Below, in pieces: positions 11,526 to 24,207 of a DNA stretch of 64,000 nucleotides (positions are counted from its first letter, which is position 1; each line of letters opens with the position of its first letter). The translations under genes were made by a program, and so were the position numbers. The notes under the pieces were generated by a model that was not told the DNA's origin, did not search any database, and saw only the letters and a list, made by a program, of their open reading frames with translations. The DNA is from the human T2T-CHM13v2.0 reference genome, Homo sapiens. The stretch is taken from the NCBI RefSeq assembly GCF_009914755.1, contig NC_060927.1; one strand, given 5' to 3'.

Positions 11526-12368
11526 TGCTATGGTCTGAATATTTGTGTCCCCCCAAAATTCACATGTTGAAATCCTAACCCCCAAGGTGATGGTATTAGA
11601 AAGTAGGACCTTTGAGAGGTGATGAGGTCACATGGTAGAGCCCTCCTGAGCGGATTCATGCCCTTATAAAGGAGGCCCCAGATAACCCCTCCTCCCTCCC
11701 ACCATGTGAGGACACAGCGAGAAGACGCTGTCTTAGTCCATTTGCATTGCTATAAAGGAATACCGGAGACTGGGTAAATGATAAAGAAAAGCGGTGTATT
11801 TGGCCCACAGTTCTGCAGGCTGTACAGGAAGCATGGCACCTGTACAGGAAGCATGGCACCTGTACAGCAAATGCATGTACAGGAAGCATTTGCTCCTGGT
11901 GAGGGCTCAGAAAGCTTCCACTTATGGTGGAGGTGAAGGAGAATCATTATGTGGAGGTGAAGGAGAATCATTATGTGCAGAGGTCACACTGTGAGAGAGA
12001 AAGCGAGGTTGAGGGGAGGTGCCAGGCTCTTTTTGACAACCAGGTCTCTAGGGAGCTCACAGTGTGAGAATTCACCCCCTTTCTCCCCGGAGGGCACTAA
12101 TCTATTCACGAGGAAACCACCTCCTTGACCCAGACACGTCCCACCAGGCTCCACCTCCCCATTTCCACACGAGCTTGGGAGGGTCAAACATCCATCTATG
12201 GCAGGCATCATCTGTGAGCCCGAGGGTGAGCCCTCACTAGGCTGAATCTGCCTGCTCCTTGATCTTGGACTTCCTGGACTCCAGAACTGATAGAAATACA
12301 TTTCTGTTGTTTATAAACTACCCAGTTTACGGTAGTTTTGTTATCTCAGCCTCAGTGGACTAAGACAG
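11526..12368. mobile_element. MLT1A-type MaLR LTR interrupted by a nested MST-type MaLR LTR (about 11729-12203)
   Basis: MLT1 start tgctatggtctgaat...cccccaaaattca and end ...gactaagaca; inner element starts tgtcttagtccatttgcattgctataaaggaatacc. Confidence 0.75.
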
Positions 12369-14954
12369 AGGCTACCTGTTTTTTTTCTCTAAGAAGCTTT
12401 TGGGATCTTCTCTTTATCCTTGATTATCTGAAATTTTATGGTGACTTACCTGGTGTTGGCTTCATTTATTCATTCTTCTTCTATTTGGTCAGCATGTGAA
12501 GAAGACTTCATGCTTTTATTTAGCTCTGAAAAAATTTTATATTACTTTTTTTTGTTGTTTTTTCTTCCATTCTCATTCCCCAGTCCCCCGTGCTCTGAGG
12601 CCACCTCACTGGTGCTTCATCCTCTTGAGCACTGTTGTCCACAGGTCCAGTGGAGCTTCCTCAGGGTCCTGTGGCCCAGGCGCTCCCCACCTTGGCCACC
12701 TGTAACTTCTAACGGCCCTCCCAAGCAGTGGCCTGCCGCAGGGCCCTCCATTCCCAGGACTCCACTGAGCTCTGAGTGAGCCATGAAGTGTGCTGGGCAC
12801 ATGCTGCTCCCTCCCCTAGACCATGAGCACCATGGCAGTGGGAACCAGGCCTGCATCATCTGCAGATCCCCTGCCGCCAGCACAAGGCCAGGCCCCCAGC
12901 ACAGACACGCTGTCTGAGTGTCCAGTCCAGAGCAGATACACAGCAGATGTGTGTTTGGGTGTGCCGCTCTCAGGCACCTCCTAGCCTCTGGCCAGCCTTC
13001 CTCGTTCTGACCTTAGCCTCCCTCCTGCTCCTTCAAGAATCCTGTTCGCTGCGGCTCCTATTCCAAGGCCACTCTCCAGCCCCAGGCTCAGAGACAACCA
13101 TCCCTAGTTCAAGCACACTTCAGTTGAAACCAGTCCAACCCACATTTGTCTAAGGGGAAATGGAGTTGATAGGCTGAAGTAAGCGGAGCCTCCAATGTGG
13201 GCTCCAGGCCCAGCTGATGCCAGGGCCTCTGCTGCTGGGGGGACCCTGATCCTTGGCTTCTTGGTCTCACTTCCCTCCACATGGGCCTGTCTCAGCAGCT
13301 CCAGGCTGCACTGCTTGATGCTGATGGGCCCAGCAGGGGCCCTGGCTGGCTGCTGGCTGGTCCTGCTAGTGTCACAAGCTCATCTCTGACCCATTTGCTG
13401 TGGCCAGGGGCAGGTGGGCCACTGACAGCCAGGCCTGGGCCAGCCCTGGAAAGGGAGAAGAGTTGACCTTGCTGAATCTCATGAACAGAGTGGGGAGGGA
13501 AGTCCCCAGCACAAAACCAGAGTGTTGTCATTGTTACCAGAAGGGCACAGGAGGATACTGGTGAGCATGCAGCCCGCCCCACCTCTGCCTGCAGAGGAGG
13601 AAGCAGAGGGCGGAGCAGCTCACCCAAAGCAGTGCTGGGTCCTCAGCAGAGCAGAATTCACACCCAAGTTTCCTCGCTTACAGCCACGCTGGTTCAGGGC
13701 TGGGCCTCTGAGGAGGATCCCAGGCAGTGGAGGAGTGGGTCCCTGTGGGCGGGACTCAAGGTCTGGGGCTGTGATTCAGGCTGGTCTTCCAAGAGAGGCA
13801 GAGGTTTGGGAAGAAGGCAGTGTCTAGACCACCCTGGTGGAGCCAGCTCAGGATGGAGATGGCAGCAAGTGGCATAGGAATTCCTTCCACCACTGACACC
13901 CTCAGTCTGGGGAGGGGCTTCGGTCTGGCAGAGCTTCCCAAAGCCTTGGCCTCACATCTTTGCCTCTGCCTTTAATTGCCCCATCCTCACCACAAATCAC
14001 CCTGTCTGGGGCAACCTTCCTTGGAGGCTTCTCCAGCTCTTTGGTTAGTGGCAGCATATGCAGTACACTTCACAGCTAACAAAGCCCTTTGCAGAGGCCT
14101 CCTGAGCCCTCAGCATGTGCTGAGAGGCCGCAGTCTGTTCCCCGCTCTGTAGATGAGGACATGCTGCTCAGAGACCAGCAAAGCTCCAGAGCTGCGCCGA
14201 ACACTTGCCTCTCAGAACCGTGTTGGCCATGTCCCAGTTTCCCTGAGCTGTGACTGAGCCCATGGCAGGGTCCATGACACCCCCACCTAGGCTGGTGTGA
14301 ATGAGGTGCTGGGCTTTGCAAGGCAGGCTAAAGCTCTGCCAGCACTGTGAGTGCTGACCAGCCAGGCCCTGCTGTTTGTTGGCAGCAAAAACTACTCCCA
14401 ATCCGGAAAATGGCAAGGTAGTGGGAATTTGGGAGAATCTGCTACCTCCTCTATAGAGAAGGCTTTAAGACCCCAGGAAGGGGGAGGAGGTAGAGAGGGA
14501 CCCAATACAAGGTGGGAAGTGCGAGCCTGCAGGAAGAGCTGGGGCAGGACACAGCTGAGGCACACGGAGGGCAGTGCTGCCTGGCACTCACCTGTACCCG
14601 TGTTGGCTGCCACAGGGTCCTTATTGTCCTTGCACCTGCATGACTGTAGGAGCCTGCTGCCCCCTGGCTTGGGAGTGAGGAATGTAGGGTCAGGGTCCTG
14701 GAGGTCCCAACAGTGACCAGTGGCTAGGTGGGTACAGGCCAGCCACTGCGAGGAGCCAGGACACAGTCCCCATGCTGGCACAGAGACAAAAAAGAACAGT
14801 GTCTTAAACAGGAGACTGTCTCTCTCCCTCTGGCCTCCCACCTGCTGAGTGTCAGGGATGGGGATGGTAACCCAGTGTGGGGCCCAGGCTCCTCCCACTT
14901 TGTGGCTCTGCCATTGCTCAGTCACAGCCCTCACTCGCGTGGCCCAAGATGACT

Positions 14955-14957
<3 letters not shown>

Positions 14958-14995
<38 letters not shown>
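14958..14995. repeat. (CA)n microsatellite, about 19 units
   Basis: Uninterrupted AC run. Confidence 0.95.
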
Positions 14996-14997
<2 letters not shown>

Positions 14998-17079
14998 GCT
15001 CCAGCCCCTGGGGAGAGGAAGGAGGGCAGGAAGGCACAGAGCTGCTCTATAAGGGAATCCGGCAGAAGGAGTCATCATCAGCCCAGGGTGTGATGTCTCC
15101 CTGCCAGCAGGTTGGGAGCCTGGAGACCTGCAGGCTAAGCCCTGCTCTAACTGGCTGCAGAGATCTGAGCAAGTCACCACCCTCCACCGGTCTCTGCTTT
15201 CTCCTCTGCACCAAGAGTTCAGCCAAAACAGCCTTTGGGGGGTCTTGAGTGGAGGACTCTTAACTTACAGCTCTTTGGGGGCAGATGGGACAATGCCTTG
15301 GGGAAGGACAGATGGTTTGGGCTGCTAGGCCTCCCTGGGCTATGGCATGAGGAAGGGGGCAGACCATTGACATAGCCCTGGAACTTCCAAGCTTTCTTAG
15401 AAAAACATCTGTGGACCACCAGATAATATAATAGGTAATTTTACTGAGTGCTTCCTGTATCCCAGGCACACAGCTGAGAGCTAACATTCGAGCAATTACT
15501 GAAGGCCGGGCACTGTTCTGAGTGCTCTACAACTTCCACCTCACCTAACATATAATCTCCCGCTAGGCAGGCGCTATTGCTATTGCCATGGGCATGGTGA
15601 ACCCATAAAACAAGAACCAGCCGCCATGAAAAAGGAGCACTCAGAAAACGAGAGATGATTCCTGGAAATGTAATGCTTGATGATATCCATGCAAACTCAA
15701 TCCAAAGACTGAAGAGCAGAATGGACACACCAAAGGAGCCAAATAAAACGACAGATGGAAATCATGAGAATATTCCACAGCCAAGGCTTCAGTGTCCACT
15801 GGAAAGGAATTGAGTTCCCATTCAGAAGGGAAGACAGGTCCAAATCACCTCCCCAGCCCCAGCCTGCCCTCCCCAGCTGAATCTGGCTGGCGGGCATTGA
15901 TGGGTGACAGGGAGTTAATGAGTCACTCCTGCCTGGTTAAAGTCCTCAAAGTTTAACACATGTTTTTCAGGCCAACCTTGGCCCTGAAGTTCCCATCCCC
16001 TTTCCCCAAGGTGCCCGTCCCGTAAGCCCAGCAGACTGGGGTCACCGGCTGTCACTCAGCTCCAAGCTGCCCAAAAGGAACCAAGGGTGGGCCATGGCTC
16101 AGCACATGAGGGGGAAGCTTCACACACAAGGAGGGGCCTCAGAGGGCAATGAGATGGCACCACCCACCCAGCCCGATACCAGGCACTTCCACACAATCAG
16201 GATAACACCAGTCCGAGTAGCATGAAGACAGAGCATGCCAATGGCCAGTCCTTACACTGGGAAATGTTCAACCTCACCACTGATCAAAGAAACACAAATG
16301 CAAACAAGATGCTATTTTCATCCAATTGACAGGGATATTCTGGAATTATAACACTGTTGGAAAGAGGTTAAATAGGTACATTTCCAGAAAACAACCTTGC
16401 ACTAGAGCCCTGAGCCGGTAAGTCTATGTTCAGAAACTGATTCAAAGAAATTCAGATTTGCAGCCAGATTTATGCACAAACTTGTCCTTTCCGATATGAC
16501 TTGCCATTGAGAAAAAAATGGAAACTAGTTAATGACCAACAAAAGGAAAACTGGTCATAAACTATGTCCCGTGCATGCAATGGAACATCATTTATCTATT
16601 TAAATCAGGTTTTTAAGACTACTTGATGAAAGTTAAAACTCTATATAGGAATTATTCTAGATATGATTTTGCAAGGAAAATTTATTCATAGAAAAAAATT
16701 AGAAAGAAATCAATACAGAAATATTCAAGTTAATGATTTTTCAAATATTTATGTTGAATAGTGGGATGACAAGTGCTCTTTCTTTTTAGCATTACATATT
16801 TTGCTTTTTCAGATTTTTTACAATGAACATGTATTACTTTTATAAACAGAAAAAAATGGTTTGCTTTATGTTTGTTTTGATTGTGCAACTTAGTTATTAT
16901 TTTGCAATAGTTTTTCTGTAAATTTTCTCACTGACCAAACCATCAGAATATACAGACAAGTATAAGAAGAAAACAATTATTGATAACCACATTATTATTA
17001 ATATTTTCTTGCTATATTACCAAAATGGGAACACATCATACATACTGCTTTGGAGGCTTTTTTAAAAATTATAGTTAAA

Positions 17080-17378
17080 GGCCAGGCATGGTGGCTCATG
17101 CCTGTAATCCCAGCACTTTGGGAGGCTGAGGCGGGAGGGTCACGAGGTCAGGAGATCAAGACCATCCTGGCTAACACGGTGAAACCCTGTCTCTACTAAA
17201 AAAAATACAAAAAATTAGCCAGGCATGGTGGTGGGGGCCTGTAGTCCCAGCTACTGGGGAGGCTGAGGCAGGAGAATGGCGTGAACCCGGAGGCGGAGCT
17301 CTCAGTGAGCCGAGATCGCGCCACTGCACTCCAGCCTGGGCGACAGAGTGAGACTCCGTCTCAAAAAAAAAAAAAAAA
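17080..17378 (+). mobile_element. Alu (Y/Sc-like) with target-site duplication
   Basis: Full-length Alu flanked by AAAAATTATAGTTAAA / AAAAATTATGGTTAAA. Confidence 0.95.
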
Positions 17379-17379
17379 T

Positions 17380-17800
17380 TATGGTTAAAGACACATTAAA
17401 AAATTTACCATCTTAACCATTTCTAAGTGTACAGTAGGGTTAATTATATTCACATTGTTGCACAACCAATCTCCAGAACCTTTTCATCTTGCAAAACTGA
17501 AACTCTGTCCCCATTAAACCAGTCCCCATTCCCCCTCCCACTAGCCCCTGGCAACCACCATTGTAATTTCTGTCTCTATGAATTTGACTGCTCTAGGTAC
17601 CTCATATAAGGGGAATCATTTAGTATTTGTCCTTTTGTATCTGGTTAATTTCACTTAGGGTAATGTTCACAAGGTTCACCCATGTTGTAGCATGTGTCAG
17701 AATTTCTTTCCTTGTTAAAGCTAAATCATATGCCACTGTATGGACAGGCCACATTTTGTTTATCCATTCACTCATTGAAGGACAATTGGGTTGCTTCCAA
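17380..17800 (-). mobile_element. Old L1M(B)-type 3' fragment
   Basis: aaaatttaccatcttaaccatt...ccctggcaaccaccatt...aggttcacccatgttgtagcatg, antisense L1M 3'UTR text. Confidence 0.8.
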
Positions 17801-20419
17801 AGCCTTTTAAAGACAGAATAATATATTATTATATCATTTCTATATTTTTTCTATGGCAATAATGATACATTAATATCAATCACTTTTAAAGGTTGCCTAG
17901 TGATCCATAGAGGTAGATGCTTCATAATTGATTCAGCCAATCCATGCTTGAAGAACATGTATATTATTTCCAATTTCTTACTCTCATATGCAAAACTGCA
18001 GTAATTGGCCTAGGGCATATGTCTTTGTATATTGATCCTACTATCTCTTAAAGAGAATTTGAAAGTGGGATTTGAGCATCAAATGTTCAAGGGGTGATAT
18101 TTGTGACCCTGTTGCCCTCTAAACCTTACATTCATGCAGACCCCTGCATCCGTAGTTCCCTGTCCTCATGGTCATTGTCACCACTGGGTGGCCTCACTTT
18201 GTAAAAAGTGACACTTTTTTCTGTCAATTTTTGTCAGTATGACAGGTTAAAAAGTGTCATTGTATTCATTTGCATCTCTTTGACACTTGATGAAGTTGAA
18301 GGTTAGTTCATACTATTGAAATATTGGACAGGCAGATGGGCCTTCCTTTTACAGGGCCTGTTCGGGCCTGTGCTTCCTAGAGGAGTCTTGCCCATTTCCT
18401 TGCTGAGGTGCACGATCTACTTGCATGGGAAGGACCCTCACACTCTGCCTGGATCTATGGCCAGCAATCGTTTGGGAGTTGCAGAATTTGTTGTATTTCC
18501 AAATATAGTTACGGATTCTGCCTTTGGTGTTCTATTTAGAACCCGTCTGCTTCAAGACTGTGTGTGTATCTAGTCACATTTTTCACTGATGTCACATAGT
18601 CATGTTCACATGACTTCTGGGACTGTCATGGTTTAATGTTACCATCCACCTCGTTCATGCAGCTTTAATTTATTCTGATGGGCCTGTGCCGAGGTCAGAT
18701 CTCAGATGTGTCAAAGCCATGGCCAGGCCAGCCCCAGTTGCCTGTCATCCCTCAGCACCTTCCCCACAATGTGTGAGACCTTTACACTGTCCCCACCTGC
18801 AAGAAGAGAAAGACCGTCCGCTGCCCAAGGCTGAGCCTCCCTGCACAGGCCTGCCCAGAGACCTTTACTGTTTACAGGAGGACCCAGGAGAACATACCAG
18901 GTGCAGAGGTCCTATGGCTGGGATTCCAGGCACCACTGTTGTCCCTAGTAATGGAGGAGCCACCATGGGATGGGGGGCTCTATGCCTCCCCAAGAGCCAC
19001 GTCAGTGAGTACCTGCTCTCCCTGCACCTGGAGACAATTCATTATTGGTGATATCAAACTGCACCCAGTCGATTACAAAGCCACTGCCTCCTTCAGTCCT
19101 CACAGGAGGCTTTGCTGCTTGAGTTCTAGGGAAGAAGCTGAGAGAAGCCAAGAGCACAGAGGGACTTCAGTGACATAGCTACAGGGCGTAGAGGCAGGGC
19201 CAGGCTCTCACAGCGTCTACACTTTCTGCTTCGGTGGCAGCCGAGCCGCAGCTGTCAGGTGGGAGCCTTGGTGGAACCTGCAAGCTGTCAGGGCTGCCTA
19301 GGGAGACTGGGGAGCTTGGCCAGGCACACCAGAGCAGAGGGCAGGCAAGGAGTCTGCAAGCCTGAGACCCAGGGACCCTCAGCTGCCCCCACCCATACCC
19401 ACTCCTGCATTCCAGCCCCCAGCCCAGAGCCCAGAGCATGCACCTTCCTGGGGGCGCTTTTCCCTGACATCCCCCTGTTCCTGGCTACAGATGCAGTTCA
19501 TACGCTTATTCACCCAACAGGCATTTACTGAGTACCTACTATGTGCCTGGTACTGTTCTGGGGACACAGCATTCGCCACAGAGGCAGGATCTACCTTCTG
19601 GGAGCTTTTATTCCACTGCGGGATATACAGGGGCTCCATGCAGAGAATGGAGAAGTCCCAGTGGTGCTCAGTGCTAGGACAGCTCTTTGTGGAGGCCCAC
19701 GGCGTGCCAGCCCAGCCTGCGCCCAGCCCAAGGGCAGGGAGCACAGCACGGTCTTTGTCCTCATGAACATTCCAACCAGACAAGCATGGAGGCAAAGGGA
19801 AGCTGCTTCAGGTGGGCTGCGTCGGGGTGGCCTCTCCACAGAGGTCCTGCTGGAGCTGAGAAGGAGCTGTCTTGAGAGGAACCAGGGAAGGGTGACCCAT
19901 GCGGAGGCATGGGCTGGGGGCGGGGAAGTGCCAGCACGCTGGTGGCTCTGCAGGACGCTGAGGCTGAGAGCAGCAGATGTGGGCGATGAGTGGGAGCTGT
20001 GGAAGCTGCGAGGAGGGCCTGGGTCGCAACAAGCAGGACACGCCCCACAGTGAGCAATCACCTGGCTCAACCTGCGGGTGTCTTCCGGCAATGCAAGCAT
20101 CACACCGTCATGCTCGCCGGCTCCTGCGGTGGTGTGAGCCCTGGGTGCACAGCTTCTTGCTCCATTCCATGCACCTCTGCCCTCCTTCTATGAAGCGAGG
20201 GTGCAGCCATGCAGCTAACCATCCTGACCCACGGAGTGGCTGCAACTGGCGACTCAGAAACACTGTTGTAGACCATAATAAAGATTTTTGTTGGTATTCT
20301 CAGAGCAACGGGAATGCGCTGACGTGTTTAAGCAAGAGAGAGACTTGATCTGACTTCAGTTTTTTAAGATTCCTTTGTGCCATGTGCAAAAGCACAGCTG
20401 AGCACACCGATGCACATCA

Positions 20420-20876
20420 TGGTGTGGCTTACAGTAGCCAAAAGGTGGAAGCACCCGAGTGTCCATCGACAGATGAAGAAGCCAAATGTGCTCTATCCAC
20501 ATAATGGAACATGACCAGCCTTAGAGAGGAAGGAAATCTGTCATATGCAAGGCACAGATGAACCTTGAGGACATGGTGCTGAGGGAAACAAGCCAGGCAT
20601 GGAATGACAAGTCCCATGTGATTCCTCTTATACGAGGTCCCTAGAGCAGTCAGGTTCACAGAGATGAAGAGTGGAATGGTGGTCACCAAGCTTTGGGGGA
20701 GTCTGTGTTTAATGGGACAGAGTTTTAGTTTTACAAGATGAAAAAGTTCTGTGGATGGATGGTGGTAATTGTTGCATAACAATGTGAATATGCTTAATGT
20801 ACTGAACTGTACACTCAAAAATGATGAAGACAGTAATTTTATGTTACGTATACTTTACCACAATTTAAAATAAAAC
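20420..20876 (+). mobile_element. Old L1M(B)-type 3' end
   Basis: acagtagccaaaaggtggaa...gatgaaaaagttctg...gaactgtacact...aaaataaaa. Confidence 0.8.
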
Positions 20877-23800
20877 AAGGGCTGTCGGGATGTGTCAGCT
20901 GATGCCCCCCAGGAGAAACCAGCACACTCAAGCAGGCCGAACAGAATAAATGTCATGCCAGGGCTCGTGACAGAGGCAGGCAGGTTAGAGGGTGCAGCTC
21001 CCGGGAGTGGAGGCTCCCACCCCACCCAGAGGCCTGGAGGAGCTGAGGACAGGGCCGGTAGGTGGACGCATAGGAGCCACCCGACAGGCACTGCTGGAAC
21101 CTCGCCCAGACAGAGGAGTAGGCAGCCAGGTGCCCTGAGCTGTCTCTGCTGCCTCTACCCCAGTGTGCTGGTGCCTCCTATTGATGAAACCAAACCAGAA
21201 GTCAGTGTGTCTTGTCCTAGAGGTCAGCCTCAGGACACTGTGGGGGCCAGGACAGGGCAGCACAGGGAGCTGAGCAGTACAGGAGACAGATGGGAGTCGA
21301 GGGAGTGGGGGCTCTACCCCAGTAGTGGCCGTGGAGATGCAAATGGCCTTGAGAACATATTTTGGAGACAGAACCTCAGGACTAGGTGCATTGGACATGG
21401 TTGAGAAACAGGTTTTGTTTTGCCTTTCTTTGGTAACTCTGAAAGGCAGAAGGTGCTAAACTGTGCTGGAGAGAGGCAGGGTGGAGTGGAGAGAGACCAG
21501 GTTTCAGGCAGACAGGCCTGGAGCCAGCAGGTTCCAGCACAGACCCAAGGGTGAGAGACGTTCACAGTATCTAACCACGGGAGGGCGCAGGTGCCGCAGA
21601 GGGATGGGACAGAGGTGTCCCCTCTGTTACTGGCCATGAGAAGCCCAGAGGTCACCAAGGAGGGCCAGCGACTGCAGTCGCTGGGAGTCAGGGGTATCTG
21701 GGGTGTTCAGGCAGTGCCCTTTGCCCAGGCTGGAATATTTTCCCAGCTGCTCCATCCATGCCAGGGCCTCCTGGGTGTGTTACCAAAAGAGTGGGGAAGT
21801 TGTGCTTGAATATTCTAAAGACAAAGGAAAAACTCAGAGGCAGAGCCCAGACCAGGGTGGCCCATGGGGTCAGGCCACCAGCCAGAATCTGCAGGGAGGA
21901 GGAAGACCTGGACATTCCTCTCTCCCTGCCTTGCCTGCTCAAGGAAAGGCCTGTGGGAAGGGGCCGGGCCTGGACCTCACACAGTCCCTACATGTCACTA
22001 GCCAGGCCAGGGCTGTTTCCAGTCGCACATTTAGGAAAGTGTAGTCAGCACTGTCAAGAAAATCAACAAAGACAAGAATAAAATAGAAAAGGAAAGGAGA
22101 GCACAGCAGAGCTCATTGCGGGTGCAAGAGAAGTGGTGTCCACTCTCCTTTCAGGCTTGGGACAGAGAATAAGTTTCTGAATTCAGGTTACAACATTTTA
22201 GTGCCTTGAGAGGTTGCTGTGTTTGTGGGCAGGGGTCTTGGCTTCTCTTCAACATCTGCACCCAGCCCCCTGCACCCACTCCCCCTACTCAGCGCCCCTG
22301 ACCTGCGATCTCTCCCTCTCCCTCTGGTTTCTGCCTCCCCTGGCTTGACGCGTCATCCTACAGTGCCGAGTCCTGATGTGAGCACCATAGGGGCAGAATC
22401 ATGCTGAACCTCTAGCCCCTTTCTTCCCGTAATGCCAGGACGTGCCAGCAGCCCTGCACCAGCTCTGCTTCCTCCTGTAGGGTGGTCAACCCTGTGAGCC
22501 AGGCCCCCTACTCTGCTCGGGGTCACCAGCTGTTCTCTGGACCTGCCCAGGCCTGTGGATCATCCTGCCTGGGAGTCATCGGCCACCTCCCCTCACCAGC
22601 CTGCAGGCCATCCTCGTTCCTCAAGGCCTTGACCTCTTCAGCCACCTGGAAACGGGCCTTTATCTGGTCCCGGTCCTGGCTGGGACTTGTTCCATGCCTC
22701 TGGCCACTTCTTGCAAAAGCAAATGCTTCTCATACAGCACTGGGCATTTTGCCACTGTTAGAGAGGCCAGAAAAATTCAGGGACTTGAAGGGCTAGAGAG
22801 CCTCAGAAGTCAGATGTGGTCTGTGGTCTCTGCACTCGGGAGTGCAACTCTTTCCATGCGATGACACGAGAATGTGTAACTGTATCAGATTCAACTGGCA
22901 GATTGGCAGCAAGGTTAACAAGACGGTCTTGAGTCTCACTCCCAGACAGGCGGAGCCAGGGGCCCAGGAATCTGCATTTGCAGGAGACACTCTGCTAATT
23001 CTGAAATTCCTAATTCAGTCAAACTTCATGCAGAGTCACGGTCATGTGCCAGCTCTTGTCGGGCATTTGGGCCACGTCCGTGAACACCATGGACAATGAC
23101 TTCTGCTCTCAGAAAGCTTGTATTGTGTGAGGGGAAGACAGAAAGCAAGCAATAGACTCAGGCAGTAAGTGACAGGGAGTGTCAGAGGGAGACATGAGAA
23201 GTGATCATGGACAGGTGGCGGTGCTGGGGGTGTCAGGCTAGAGCTATGGGCCACAATGTGGAGCAGGCCAGTGAGAACAGGCCTCACTGAGGTGACTGAA
23301 ATCTTGGAGGTAGAGTAAGGGGAGAGGAAACAGGCAGTACAAGGGTTCTGAGGCAGCATGCCTGGTGTAACTGAGAGGCGGAGGAGGCCTGTGCGGCTGC
23401 AATGGCACAGGGAGAGTGAAGAGACAGTGAGGCCAGAGAGCCTGCTGGGGATGCAACGCTGAGTGAGTTTGAGCCATTGGAGGGTTTTGAGCAGAGAGAT
23501 GACGTGGTCTAACATGTCTTCAAGGATCCCTCCCTCTTGGCCCACCAAGAACAGAATCTGGGTGTGGGGTTGGGGAGGATAAGGCAGAAGCCAGAGACCA
23601 GCTGGAGACTCTTTCTGTAACTGGGGCAAGGGTGTCTGAGGCGAGTGACAGCCAAGGCACGAATCTAACAGGATCCTGCCTGGGATGGGCTGCTCAGCCA
23701 GGCCAAGCTCTGTTCCAAGTGATTCCCGAGTAATAACTCATTTAATGCTTGCCCAGCCCTGTAAAACAGGCACACTCATTGACTTGTTTTATAGAGAAGG

Positions 23801-23922
23801 TTATGGAGGCACAAAGAGGGTGAGTAACTCACCCTGGGCCACACAGCCAGAAGACGACAGAGCCAGGATTCAAACCCAAGTAGTCTAAAGTCAGAGCCCA
23901 AGCCCTTAAAGAGTCACATTTT

Positions 23923-24207
23923 GGCTGGGGCGCAGTGGCTCATGCCTGTAATCCCAGCACTTTGGGAGGCCAAGGAGGGCGGATCACGATGTCAGGAGAT
24001 CGAGACCATCCTGGCTAACACGGTGAAACCCCGACTCTACCAAAAATACAAAAAATTAGCCGAGCAAGGTGGCAGATGCCTCTCGTCCCAGCTACTCCAG
24101 AGGTTGAGGCAGGAGAATGGCGCCACTGCCATTGAGGCAAGATCATGCCACTGCACTCCAGCCTGGGCAACAGAGAGAGACTCTTGTCTCAAAAAGAAAA
24201 AAAAAAG
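23923..24207 (+). mobile_element. Alu (Y/Sc-like) with a rearranged right arm
   Basis: Alu consensus with about 25 nt of the right arm replaced near 24122-24133; degenerate TSD AAGAGTCACAT / AAGAGCCACAT. Confidence 0.92.
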
